64,000 bases of DNA. Source: Pristiophorus japonicus. Its lineage: Eukaryota. The stretch is taken from NCBI RefSeq assembly GCF_044704955.1, contig NC_091999.1:40672001-40736000 (forward strand), in the 5' to 3' direction. The notes under the pieces were generated by a model, which ran no database searches, was not told the DNA's origin, and was given only the letters and a program-made list of their open reading frames with translations. Each line of letters opens with the position of its first letter. The first letter of the stretch is position 1. A program made the position numbers and the translations under genes. This document shows positions 35,418 to 48,490 of the stretch, piece after piece.

Positions 35418-37433
35418 AATGGAGAGAGTGGAGGTGAAGAAAGGAGATGAAAGGAGCAGAGAGGTGAGGAGGGGAGAAGAGAGAGGACAGGAGGCGGGAG
35501 GGGAGTAGACGAGAGGAGATGAGTGTAGAGGAGAGGAGAGAAGGGGAATAGGAGAGAAGAGGTGAGGGGAGAAGATGAGTGGAGTGGAGAAGACAGCAGA
35601 GCAGAGTAGAGGATAGGAGGTGAGAGGAGAGGTGGGAAGAGGAAAGAGAGAAGATGAGCAGGAAGGGGAGGAGGGTTTAGTGGAGGAGAGGATAGAGGAG
35701 AGGGGAAGTAGAGAGGATAGCAGAGCAGAGATGAGTAGAAGAATGGAGAGGAGAGTTGATAAGAGGACTGGAGCGGACAAGAGAGGAGAAAAGAGGGCAG
35801 AGGAGAAGATAGCAGAGGGGAAGAGAGGAGATGAGGGGAATGGAGATGAGAGTGTAGGGGAAATGGTAGGAGAGGAGAGTGGAATAGAGGTGGGGAGAAG
35901 GTAGGGGAGAGAAGAGAGATGAGAGGGGAGAGGAGGAGAGGAGCGGAACGCAGAAGGGAGGAATGGAGAGAAGTGGAGAGGGGAGAGAGGATGCAAGGGA
36001 AGGAGAGTAGAGCAGAGTAGAGGGGAAGGGTGGCGGTAGAGCAGAGGAGAGACCATCAGAGGGGAAGAGAGGAGGGGCAAGAAGAGATGAGAAGGGAGGG
36101 GAGAAGAGAGGGGAAGTGGGGAGGAGAATGGAGGGAAGAAGAGCTGTGGAGAGTAGAGCAATGGAGAGCAGATGAGAGGAGAGGAGAGAAAAGAAGAAAG
36201 CAGAGTGGAGAGAGGAGGGTAGTAGATTAGAGGAGAGGAGAGTAGAAAAGAGGGCAGGAGAGGAAAGAAGAGTGGGTAGTATAGAGGTGAGTAGAGGTGA
36301 ATGGAAAAGAGGGGTGGTGAAGTTAGGGGAGAGAAGAGGAGAGAGAAGACAGTGAATGAGAGGAGGAGGTGAAAAGAGGGTAGAGGAAAGGAGAGCAGAC
36401 GGGAGGAGAGGGTAGGAGGGCGAGGAGAGGAGTGGAGAAGAGAGGAGTGGAGAGGGTACAGGAGAGCAGAAGGAACGAGAAGAGCGGGAAGGAGAAGAGA
36501 GGGGAGAACATCAGAGGACACAAGTTGAGGAGATGAGTTAAAATGAAAGGGGAGAAGAGGTGAGAAGGAGGGGAGAGGAGAAGAGGGGAGAATTTAGGGG
36601 AGCGGAGTAGAGATGATTGGAGTGGAGAGGAGAGTGGAGATAGAAGCGACTTGAAAACAGGGGAGAGGAGAGGATAGGGGAGGAGGGGAGATGATTGGAG
36701 ATGATAGAGCAGAGGAGAGGAGATGAGAGGAGAATGGAGGAGAGGAAAGGGGAGGAGAAGAGGGTCGGGGTGAGGGGAGAATGGAATGGAGGCGTGGAGA
36801 AGTTAGGCGAGAGGGGAGAAAATGAGGACACAAGAGAGTTGAGGAGAACAGCTGAAAGGGGAGGAGAGTTGTGGAGAGGTTCGGGAGATGGGAGAGGAGA
36901 GAGGAGAGAACGGGAAAACAGGTGAAGAGAGAAGTGGAGAGGAGAGAGGAGGAGATGGGAGAAGGGATGAGCCGAGTGGAGAGGATAGAGGACGAGATGG
37001 GAGAGGAGGAGAGAAGATGAAAGGAAAAGGAGTTGAGCAGAGGAGAGAGGAGATGAGAGGAGTGTGGAGGAGAGGGGAGGCGAGAGGAGGAGAGTTGTGG
37101 AGACGGGAGGAAAAGAGAGATGAGCGGAGAGAGGAGGGTAGAGATGAGCAGGGAGGGGACGAGAGTGTAGGGGAGGAGAGGTGAGAAGAAAGCAGAGCAG
37201 GGGAGAGTAGAGGAAAGGAGAGTAGATGTGATGAGAGGCGAGGAGAGGAAATTGGAGTGAAGAGGGGAAGGGATTAGAGGAGAGGACTGGGGAGAGGAGA
37301 GGAGAGAGTAGGGGCGAGGGTAGGAGAGGAGAATAGAGTAGAGGAGGGGAGAAGGCAGGGGAGAGGAGAGGACACGAGCACAAGAGAGATGTGAGGAGAG
37401 AGGAGAGGAGAGGGGAGGGGTGAGGAGGGGAGG
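35418..37433. repeat. Approx. 2-kb polypurine tract, degenerate (GGAGA)n
   Basis: Almost exclusively A/G on the plus strand. Confidence 0.93.
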
Positions 37434-38030
37434 TGTTGGGGTTAAAAGGAGGCTTCTCTCCTTTAAGGTGGACTAACTGATGTAGTTAAACGACACCTCG
37501 CCCAGCTTCCCACTGTATAACGTCCAAAGAAGTAAACAAACGAAACCTCAGGTTTATTGGTTTTATTCCGAGCAATGCACGGGAAGGTTCAATTTGGAAC
37601 CTCTGAAATAGAAGGGTTTTCAAGCATAATTTATACAGGTGTTGGAGAGGAGCTTTCCTCCTACAAAATCATCGATAGTTCTATTGCTATTAGCGAAGTT
37701 ACATTGATTTGTTGACTCTTATCAGACGGGCTCTGAGTGGTACATGAAACTGCCCATCTCTCATCTTTGTTTTGTTCCATTTTGCCCTCTACCCCAGTCT
37801 ATCCGATGCCTGGTATGGTAGTCCTGGTTTCTTTATCTCTTCTCAGGGACTTATAAAGAAAACTGCTGACTTTGGCTGCTTAAGTCTTACTAAGGTTAAG
37901 CTATAATATACTGCGTATAAGCGTGTTATACCTTTATAAGCAAGTGTTACATACATAGGCAATTGATAAGTTCACAACCTTCAGCATAATTCTGACCCCC
38001 TATCTACAACCTTACTATTTATCCTTTACA
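37434..38030 (-). repeat. 3' LTR of ERV-B
   Basis: Minus strand runs TGTAAAGG..TTAACCCCAACA and is preceded by the polypurine tract TAGGGGGAAT (38031-38040); TATAAA at 37630-37635, AATAAA at 37553-37558 and 37562-37567. Confidence 0.85.
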
Positions 38031-38269
38031 ATTCCCCCTAATGGCCCAAGATAGCCAATGTCGCAATTAATTCCACATGGGTGAGCTTCCAGTGGTGTCC
38101 TTTCACTTGGGTAGTGCTGCTTCCCGAGCTCCTGGACCTATCTGTTGGTTTTCCCATCAAGGTTATACTATGTAAGTCCTTTCTGCCGGACTGTCTGATT
38201 TCCCTTTCTTCAATGTTTTATCCATAGTACGGACTAGGGCCTGCTTCTTACGTCGAATCCAGCTTTTTA

Positions 38270-40219
38270 AAGGATAATACTAGCAAGGTGAGTTCCCTTG
38301 CACTGCAACCAGTACATTGAGTCCAGCATACTTCGTGTATAAGTCCTTTCTAGCCAATATTTGCTCGGTGTTCGAATAATGCCCCGCCTGGGGTATCCTC
38401 TCTTTCTTCTATTTTTCCTCCACTTGGGGTCTTCTCTATTCTACCGAATTCTTGCCCTGCCTGGGGTATCCTCTATGTTGACGAATGGTGTCCAATTCAG
38501 TCCAGTTTGTTTCTCTTTCAGTTCGAGTATCGGTTTTCCTTATTGTCCGATGGCCTTCGCATAACCTCCTCAGGTAATGTCCATCATTGCCCCGTCGATC
38601 TTTCCTCCTTTAGCTCAGGGGTTGTAATAAACCCATTTATATCTGTCTCGTCAAATGGAGTAAAGCAGAAGTCAATATCCATAATGGTGCATGAAGTGTT
38701 CCTATCTTCATTTCAGTTGCCGTGATGCTCACACATCAATCTCCATATCCTCGTGGAACAGCGATAATTTAGTAGTAATGTGTTAGCGGGGTGATACTCA
38801 AGGTGCACCTGTCCACTTGGTTATATCCACAGTCATCTTTGATCATTCGTAGTGGATCTCGACATAAAGCAACTTGGTTATTTTTATAACAATCTACATA
38901 TGCTGGGACTCTTAGTACTGTTGTTCTCCTCAGTTACATTTCTGGTTTTTCATCGTACCGCACACGAGTTTGATTCCTTTTTTCTCCTACATTGTTTGAT
39001 GTAGAGTATCTACCATTGTCACATCATCCTGTCATATAGATAATAAAAAATCTATTTAATGCGCGGTTACACAGCAGGCCTTTGGGACCCAAGCATGAGT
39101 GTTTCTCTACACCTCGCAGGCATGAGTCATGTATTTGTCTAAGGTCCAGTTGGTAAATATATCGAGTGTTATCCAATCCGGCACCTTTCCATTCTGAAGC
39201 TATTCAATGTTATGTTTTATTCCATTCAGCAACCATACTCCATATCCTACACATACTAGTTCTGTCTGTATGGTTTTACTTAAGTTCGTTTCTGCTCTAT
39301 TCATTTTTAGTTCTGGCGTGGTCTCGCAATGTGTGGGCCAGTTTAATAATTCCCTTTCTGCGCCATTACCTAGTTCTGTCTGTAACTTTTCATGATCCTC
39401 ATCCCTTTCCAGCAATCACTGTAAGGTTTGTGTTTCGGCGTTAACTCGATAATCTATCGTGTCTGGCTCTATAGGTTGCAACTCCCGCAATGTATCCCAC
39501 CGTGTACCATTTCTAGCATCCCTCTTTTTCCCCTGTCCCGTTTTTTACCTGACCCTCTTTCGACAATAAATTTCATGGCTTTTGATTGAAGGACTTTAAG
39601 ATTTCGCAGGGTCAGGTTTCTATACAGGCTTATACTGTTTAACCTGCAGATGTTGGTGTTAGTTATATTGTTTAAATTTACAAATACAGTAATTATTCGC
39701 TGACGTACCCTGAAGTGTATCTTATCCTTGGTCTGCCATAGCAATTTCTCTTTTGCCCCAGCGTTCACAGTTGGACACGTTTGTGGCGCTGGGCGTGTGA
39801 TGGTCGAGGCCCTGGTTATGCTCACTGTTGCTAAAGTAGTGGGTGGGGCCGTGTTGGTGGGTCTATCTCTGGAGATATCCCTCCACCACCATTCATAGAT
39901 GTTGAGTGAAATCTGCACCCACTTCCCCGGGTGCAATATGTTTGTCCCTCCTGATTATTAAACACACCGCGGTCTTATTCCCACTAATTATGGTTCTATA
40001 TTATTGTCTCATCCCCAATGTTGTTTCGTTTCCTTGTTACTTTGTTTTATGCCCGTTATTTAACTCTACTATTGTTCTGTCCGTCACCATCAGTGTTTTT
40101 GATTCTTTATTAAACTAATGTCGCCCAAGTCCCTGTAATACTGGCCTTGCCATCCCTCAGTCTGTTGTCCCTGATATGAGGCTGCGTTACTCCACGTTAT
40201 TTCTATGAGCACTTGAGGC
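38270..40219 (-). pseudogene. env: ERV-B env, paramyxo/pneumovirus F-like fusion protein, disrupted
   Basis: Acceptor cttttttgcAG at 40221-40220; furin RGKR at 39523-39534; helical region; CVGYGVWLLNGIKHNIE*LQNGKVPDWI; C-x8-C-x10-C-x7-C at 38805-38891; hydrophobic anchor near 38270-38330. Confidence 0.75.
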
Positions 40220-40249
40220 CTGCAAAAAAGCAATCTTTTCCGGTTGTCA

Positions 40250-43200
40250 CCGGTTAGTTAGTGACCATGCTTTTTTAACTGGGTTCAGTGTTTCCACTTG
40301 CTGATACTCCTTATAAGTACCATAACTTACCATGATTACCTGATAGAGTACAGTCCAGTTGGATGCGAGCCAGGACCTCTCTGGGGTAATGTCTTGACTG
40401 CCTATTTGGGGTGTTTGGAACTTCTGTTTCTTAGTGTCGCTATCTAAATCCTTGATTTGCTAATCTGTAGCCTGTATCTTTACATCATGTAACTGCTTAC
40501 AGAGTTCCATTACAAATTTCCATTTTTTTTTAGTTCAAAGGTATCATTCCTGTCGTCCGACTAGGGGTTGCTTTGAGCTTTATTTCTACTCGGGATATCC
40601 TGTCTACCCGTCCCTTTCCATTCTCCTTTAAGTGGGATATTTTTGCCTAATCCCTAGGCGCAGGCCTGTTTCATTATCATCCCTGTGAAGTGTGTACCTT
40701 GATCTGAGTTCAGCTGCAGTGCCATTATTTTGTTTGCTAGGATCCTGGCCATGGTTTCTACTGAACAATTTCTAGTGGCGAAAGCTTCTACCCACTTCGT
40801 AAACTGGTGTATTATAACTAAGCAGTATGTCTTCCCCTTGTTGCTGGATAATGGTCCAGTAAACTCTACCTGAAAATTTTCTCAGAGTCCCTTCGGTCGG
40901 GGCTGATGTCCCATTCTGATCTTTACTTTCCACCCTGGGTTGTATTTTGTGCATATCATGTACCTTCCACAGAGGTGCTCTATATCTCTACCTAGTCCCT
41001 TCCATCACCAGCATCTGGACATCGAGCTTACCATGCTGGTTCTACCTGTATGGACATACCCGTGGTGTTAATTTAACAGGCTCCCCTGGATACATTCCAG
41101 GGCCACCACATTCCCATCTTTCCTCCATATCCCGTCGGTCCCTTGTTGGACCCTCTCTGCTTCCACCCCTCCTGTTCCTGCGGAGTGACTTCTCCCTGTA
41201 CCGTAAGCATGTTTACTTCCTCAGGCCCGATTGTACATGCTCCGCCTTGGGCTTCCCCGGCCAGTGTACCTGCCACTCGCTTGGTTGCTTCATCTGTCCA
41301 TGCATTCCCCTGTTCATACTGATCATTATTTTTTACGTGTGCTTTGATCTTTATTATCGCACACTCCTGGGGTAGGAAGTAGGCTTCCACTAGATGTTTA
41401 TCAATCTCCTCATGTTTAATCGGTCCTCCTCCTGAGGTCGTGTATACCCGTCTGCTCCAGGCTATCATATAATCATGATCTACTCTGAAAGCATATCGAC
41501 TGTCTGTATAGACGTTAACTCATTTTCCCCTAGCCAGCCTCAGAGCCTCAGTTAGAACCACTAATTCAACCACTTGAGCTGATAGATTCTCTTCTAACCG
41601 TCCTTCCCCTTTGGCCTGACCGCTGCTATCTATCACGACCCATCCTGTCTGTGGTGTCCCATTGATATAGCGCCGAAACTCTTCTACATATAGATCCATG
41701 TCTGCCTCCTCAAGCAGGGTTTCACTTGCCTGACTACTTCCCTCATCTTCTGTTGTGCTACACTGATGCTCCTTTCCCTCTGTAATGATCCACCCTGCAG
41801 GCGTCTTTTATTATTGTTACCGTCCCGTTGAGTGGGGTGGTGGTGGGGGGGGGGAGGAGGGGGGAGAGCGTTATTTACCACCTTGCCCTTTGTGCATCGA
41901 ATACATTTTTAGCCTTCCAGTGTTAAGTAATTCTACTAAGGTACGCTGGGTTTGTAGAATAATGCATCCTGACATTATTATTGGTTTGTTAACTCTGATG
42001 GCCCAAGCCGCACAGTCGAGGGCAGCAACGCACCTGGACAGTCCTGCAGCTACAGGTTGCGGTTTGTCTGAGTAATATGCCACGGTCTATGCCTGTCTCC
42101 ATGTAATTGAATCACCACCGCGTTATAATGATGGTTAATATGGTAGGTATAGACGTAAAAGGGCCTATTCTGGTCTGGTAGTCCCAGGGCTGGAGCACTT
42201 GTGAGAGTTTCTTTTAACCGCACACATGCAGTTTCTTGATCTAGGCCCCAGTTTACTGGCTCTTAGGAGGGTTCCCACCCTTTGACCTGGTCAATATAGG
42301 TTAGGTCATCTTGGCATATTCGGGAATAACATTTCTGCAGTAGTTGAATAGCCCTAGTACCTGCCTGACCCCTTTCACGGTTCCTGGCCTGAGAATTGAT
42401 TGAAATGCTTCCTTACTGTCCTCGGGCATCTGGCTCTTCCCTTACGATATTATGTATCCCAGATATGTTACTTCGCTCCTTCCTTCTCCTAAGTCTACTG
42501 GTTCCAAAATCCCTGACAATATTCGATGAAATATGCTCCGGCTGTGATTGAATCCCTGTGGTACCTTAGCCCATGTGTATTGTTTTCCCTTTACCGTGAA
42601 GACAGCATTTCCTTGGATCACTTTGTCTAAGGGGATGGTCCAAGTTCCATTCACTATACCAGCACGGTGAATATATTACGATCTGGATCCAGGCCATTAA
42701 AAACTGTGGCCGGACTTGCCACTATTGGGTGTTCTCCGGATGTCACCTTATTCAGGGCGTTATAATCGATAGTCAGTCGGTAAGACCTGTTGGGTTTCTT
42801 TATCAGCCACACAGGTGATTTAATGGAGGCTATTACATGTTTCAATACACTTTGCCCCTCTAATTCCTGCACTATCTGAAGACCGCTACCTCAGCTTCAG
42901 GTGTTAATTGGAACTGCCGGTGAGCTTTGTGTTCGGGTCCAGGAATTTTGATGAGTTATATCTCTACTAATCCATAATCTTGTTGCATTGTGCCCACAGA
43001 GTCGGGTATAATTGGCACACGCTACCCCATACAGCCTTTGTTTCCCACTCAGGTTGGATTATGGTTGTTCCTACCACTCGTTGCTGCTGGTGTCCCGGAT
43101 GTTCGAACTTAATTCGGTTTTCGTGCTTATCTCCCAAAATAATCCGGTTATGCTGAGGATCTATCAGTACCCCTATCTCCCTTAATGTATCGATGCCCAA

Positions 43201-43330
43201 TATGTTGTCTTCTGTATTCTGACAGCACCAAAACTGAGCAGGTAGCATTACCCCTGTACTTCTAACAACACCATCTCACTTAGGGTTGCTTTCTGATATC
43301 CCCCACCCTCTATTTGTAAGTTGACGGTCC
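40250..43330 (-). pseudogene. pol: ERV-B pro-pol (PR, RT, tether, RNase H, IN), disrupted
   Basis: ILGIDTL (PR); SPVWLIKKPNRSYRLTIDYNALN and YTWAKVPQGF (RT; the YxDD segment is deleted); AYYS..AAGLSRCVAAL (tether); SAQVVEL, VYTDSRYAF and IKAH..GNAWTD (RNase H); QVEFTGPL and NSDQGTHFTG (IN). Confidence 0.9.
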
Positions 43331-43446
43331 TATGGGTCAGGGGCAAATCTAAGTTGGTTATTGGGTGTTCTCGGGTTGGGGCAGTGGTGGCAGTGGTACC
43401 AGTGGTGCTGGTACCTGTCTGAGCATATCCATCTGATCTTCCCTGG

Positions 43447-44420
43447 TTAATGCTGTTCCCTTCTTTGCCTGTTGGTGGCCTCGCCTCCCCCATTACTCCA
43501 GCAATCTTTGGCCAAATGTCCAAGTTTACCACAATTTTGACATCTCCCTTTAGAATTTCCGTAAACTCTGCTTTTCAGCGGGCAATCCCTACTGAAGTTG
43601 CCTTCCTGATTGCAGTTTAAACATATCAGGTGAGCTGCGCGGGAGTGCGTCTCTTCCTCCTTCGTCTCGGCTGCTACTGCTGTAGCTGCTATTTTTGCTC
43701 TTTTATCCCTTTGTTCTAACTTTAACTCCTCTGCATGTTCTGCCCATTCCAAAGTTTCATCATAATAATCTCCAATGTTAAATACTCACTTAATTATCTT
43801 TTGATGTGCCTTTCAAAGTCTATCCTTAAACATTTTCAAGAATTCTGCATCATTTCTGTTGCGGTCATCAGCCACAGAGTGGTTTTTATATTCAATCCAA
43901 TTTCGTTCCCCATACTCCCCAACCCTTTTCCCTGCCTCTTGAGTCAAAATATTCTTCTCCAAACTTTTGTCAGAATTCTGTATTTCTACTATTTTGCTTT
44001 AGCGGTTGGTAACTTATTCAATAGAATTTGTCTCCTGTGGGCTGAGGGGCACCTCCTGTTTGGTAATGTGGGCTGCTCTACATCCGCTGGAGGGAATGGT
44101 GGTGGTGCGTATCGGTGTCACTGATAAATAGCCATTATCATGTACCGGTGCCCCTCTACTCTGCAGTCATTATCCCTGTCTGATTGACTGTTAGGTTGGG
44201 GTTGTGGACTACACTTACCCACCGTGGGGTACACCGTAGGGATAGTGCACTGCACTATCCGTCTGGTCCTGTCTTTATCTCTTCCAGCTTATTTATCTTA
44301 GCTTCTAACGCTTGAATTTGTTTTGTTTGAGTATCTATCTGTCCTCTGTAGCAGGCAAGTATTATTGCATAGGCTTTCTTCGTTTTATTTTTATTCTGAC
44401 TATCCCACCATGTCTTCTGT
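43447..44420 (-). pseudogene. gag: ERV-B gag remnant
   Basis: Two zinc knuckles, CLNCNQEGNFSRDC (His lost) and CQNCGKLGHLAKDC; coiled-coil-like TKQIQALEAKINKLEE near 44280-44330. Confidence 0.82.
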
Positions 44421-47400
44421 CTGTCGGGTGAGTCTTCTTTCTTTTATTAAGGAATCCAAACTAATAATGTCCAGTGCAAATAAAATAGCTGTCAATGGAA
44501 TGGGTTAACTCCACTACAGGTATGTAAGAAGGTCTGACGTCATTACGTGACTTCGGTTATTCATTTGAAAATATTTCCCCAAGTCTTTGTGCTTTCAAAA
44601 CTTGATAAGAAATTAGGAATCTGTTAAAATAGCAGAAATTATTCGTAAAGTTGTCAAAATAAAACCTTCTCAGCGAGAAAGGCAGCATTTTAGATTAAAC
44701 TCCAATTTCTCTACACATCCAATTCAAATATTTGCCAACGAGTTTTTCATTGATTTAATGCGAGACCACACATTTTTAACAGCTATTCTGTTTACAGAAA
44801 TCCAATTTCCACGCAATCTATATACATTCCAGCAGTTTTTTTTTTTACAATCCCGTTCACTGAGCAAATCTTATGTTTTATTTCTCTCGGCACAAAATCT
44901 AATCTTCGGTGCCGGTCCATCTTTTTTAAAAATTCTGTAACTCCCAGTTTTTTCTTTCTGTGCTGAGTTCGCCTAGCTTACTACTTTTCCCCCTTTTGAA
45001 TCCGAACTTAATCATTTTTTGATGACCTTACTCCAGTCCATAGTTAAACATCGTTGTTTCTCTTTCTCAGCACAAAGCTTTGTCGGGTTTAACTCGTAAG
45101 TTTTTATATTTAAACCAATATCTTTTTCACAGCCAATTTAAATCTCGTTTCTTCAAATGAGGTTTTGTAATTTGATGATCTTCCTCCAGTCCATTTTCCT
45201 CAACATCTTTGTTTCTCTTTCTTGCTGCTGCAGCTTTCAAGTTCGCATTTGTATCTTTTGGTAAAAACAAACTGTCCTTTGTAAATTCAATTTGCTTTTC
45301 CAACATTTTTCTTTTCTTTTATTAATTTTCCATTTATTTCAGCTAGCCTTTTATCCCACTGCCCAGTTTTCCTAGGATCCTGGGGTCCCACCCCACTTTT
45401 TAGCTTGAATTCCTTCTTGCTTGCACTGTGCACGATCAATACCAGCTTCACTGTGTTATTACCATGTCACGCTTCAGGTCATACGCCGTATATTTCCTCG
45501 AACGATCGCTGGGGTACTCTCTCCCTTTAGTTGTATTCCTTCTTTTTCAGGCAATACACCTATCCCACCCTTGGTTTTCAGCCTTCTGTGATTAATTATA
45601 ACTTGTCCGACAGCTTACCCTTTCTAATTCTTTATACAGATTACCTCCTTCCCCGTCAATGCTACAGCCATGTTGCTCCTTTCAGTGTACAACACTGCTT
45701 ATCTGGTGCTATCCAAGTTCCTCCCTTCTGAATCAGATATCTTGGATATTCCTCATACTGTTTATGGATCGGACCTAACTCAGTCTTCCACCCTTGCAAA
45801 CGATTCTACCCTATACACCATCCAAGGTTTCGTTTCATTTTTATTTTTCCTGAGCAAAGGCAAGACCAATCCCACTGGTCTAATATCTTCACTTCTTTCT
45901 CCTTCCCTAGGGGACAAAATCCCCATTCCTATTGGCTGCATCACATCAAAGCCTATGACTTTATTCCCCTAAACCATTTTCTCAGTTGTCCTTCATGAAT
46001 AAACAAAGGGATTTGATTACTCTCTCTCTTGTCTAGTCCCTTCTGTACCACATTCATCATAAATGTCACAGAGGCGACACATGATACCTGTAGTAAGCCA
46101 CATCGTGTTCCCATTCACTTTCTGTATCTATTCTGTTTACTCCTGCTAACCTTGCTGTGGCTCCTATTCTGAGCTATCCTGTCAGCTCCCACTTTCCTTG
46201 CGATTTAAACTGATTCTCCTTGTGTTCCGCATCTTCCTCATCCCTTGGTTCCTGTTTTCTATTCTTTACTAACACATCCTTTCCTAATTATCTTCCAATT
46301 TTGTCTATTAACTGTGAATATCTCCCTTCACATAATCTAGTTGATAGATTCAAGCTCATATTTAAATCTTTTGATTTCAATTCACAACTTAAAAAAACAC
46401 ATTGTTATATGATACATTTCCAGATTCAGTTAATTCTAGTCCATTAAAATGTGGGTTATTTTACTGGATCGGACAGGTCAAGTTCTTTTTGTGAGGTGGG
46501 ATGTCATTTTATTAAAGTCCCACATATGATGATCACTGTCAGCGTTTTTACTTGGCAAACCAATAGTTAACATTACTGATCAACATACGACATGTCTTAC
46601 TTTAAAAAAACCTGCTGTCATTACCTTTTTAGTTTGTATTGAAGTATTTTATAATGGTCTTGAATTGCTTATTGTCCTGGAGTGATACTAACTCTTAAGT
46701 GAACACTATTAATTTAGTGTTTGGGGTCAGGATGTGTCCCAACCCACCTGGTTCAGGGGAGTCTTCCTGGTCTCCCAATCTTCCCAAGGAGCAGGCTTTA
46801 GGGTTCTTTCTCTATTGCCACCAAAATTATGCTTTTGAGGGTCTCTGCATCGGTTTATCATGGATTGCAAAACTAACCCTTTTGAGGTCCTCTGCTTCCT
46901 CCTGGAGATCGCCTCTCACTTGGATCCATGTTTTGTTATGGAGCCTGTGAGGTCTGGCCTCCTTATCTCCCACCTTCAGCTTGTAGCTGATCTGTACACA
47001 GCCATGGCCACCTTGTCCAGACAGAGAGAGGCTGACTTTTTTTGTTTTTAGCCTCTCTACAAGCTTTCTTTGTTCAGTACTTAGTGGAGGCCTTGAAACT
47101 GATGACCATTCCAGCTGTAAGGAAATCCTAATTTGATTAGCATTCTCGCTACTGTTAATTCTAATGCCTCTGACAGGTAGCAGTGTGTTTAACTCTTTCC
47201 TGGTTATTTCAAAGTCGCTTTCTCTATCGAGAATGTGTCACGACCTTGATGGTTTAAAAATTTCTCTCACTCTCCTGAGCCACATTAGCCATTTCATGTT
47301 GTGCTGTTGTCGATAACTGAGCATGCCTGAGACTCGTTCACACAAACACGCAGCGGTATCCCAATATCATGCCACATGTGGCATCTGATCCAAACCATTT

Positions 47401-48100
47401 GAGGTGATCTTATCAAAAGATCGTGGGGTGTCTATAGATCTTTGCTCATCTCCCTCTGCACGGTCCCGATGTCTCGGGTAGTGGCCAGGCGATCAAATTC
47501 AGTTTTCTTATTGTTCAGTATCGGCAATGATACAAACATGTCAGACAGAAATATTAGCAATTTCCTACACTTCCCTGACTTTAACAAGAATTTACATTAA
47601 CACCGGATTGTACCCAGGTGATTTATGACAATTCGCCCAGGAACAATGAGTTAAGAAACATTTCTATTTGGAGGTGTAACTTTCCTGTTTTCCTCTTATC
47701 TCCTCACTCATTTCCTCTCATTACATTTTATACAGTGTTCACCATTTCATTCATGAGCCCGGAGGAACTTTACTGTCTGATACAATATTGTCATACTGTC
47801 TTTAAAACATCAATCAAACATTCCCACTTGGTTCAAGTTTTGACCCAGTTTCTTTGTTTAATTTTATTTAACCAAACCTCTTCTTGGACCTTTTATTCTC
47901 CAAAATATGCCAGAGAGCAATTCAGTCTACAACAAGAAGGATGTTAGTTACCTTGAGCATAACAGTCACCCCCGAAAACTTATTTCTGAATACATAGTTT
48001 GGACAGAACCACAGAGACGGGACCTTTTCAAAAATAAAACTTAATTATTTCAATTTTCAGCTAAATTTTCCTTCCCATGTGTTTGACCAGCGACGCTTAG

Positions 48101-48102
<2 letters not shown>

Positions 48103-48137
<35 letters not shown>
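48103..48137. repeat. (TA)n microsatellite
   Basis: Directly visible. Confidence 0.97.
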
Positions 48138-48141
<4 letters not shown>

Positions 48142-48219
48142 CAGTTTTAATTTCACAAACAAATTATGCCCAGACTTTGTCATTTTACAAAGAAGACTAA
48201 AGTAACAATAGATACAAAC

Positions 48220-48490
48220 ACTGTATCTACTCTATCAAAACCTTTCATCATTTTAAAGCTATTAGGTCACCCCGCAGCCTTTTTTTTCAAGAGAAAAGAG
48301 ACCTGGCCTGTCCATCCTTTCCCAATAGGTATACGATCGCCTTTCTGGTATCATCCTTGTAAATCTTCTCTGCACCCTCTCCAGTACCTCCATATCCTTT
48401 TTATAATATGGTGACCAGAATTGCACACACAAAGTCGAACCAAGGATCGATACAAGTTTAGCATAACTTTACCACTTTTCCATTCTATAA
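48220..48490 (-). mobile_element. Old CR1 3' fragment
   Basis: ctctgcaccctctccagt..ggtgaccagaattgcacac resembles the CR1 ORF2 C-terminus (CVQFWSP). Confidence 0.65.

Larger units (their letters stand above)
37434..44420 (-). mobile_element. Endogenous retrovirus B, lokiretrovirus-like: gag-pro-pol-env-3' LTR; leader may extend to about 48100, no 5' LTR or PBS found
   Basis: Retroviral domain order gag (two CCHC knuckles), PR, RT, tether, RNase H, IN, splice acceptor, env, PPT, LTR; many stops and deletions. Confidence 0.9.

Noticed and set aside
35346-37383. Long Ser/Pro/Leu-rich ORFs (391 and 281 aa)
   Set aside because: Artefacts of the polypurine/polypyrimidine tract.
27566-38030. GPCR flanked by two co-oriented LTRs as if transduced by a retrovirus
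   Set aside because: The LTRs differ in sequence, the PBS and PPT lie outside the interval, and the GPCR retains its intron; these are two independent proviruses.
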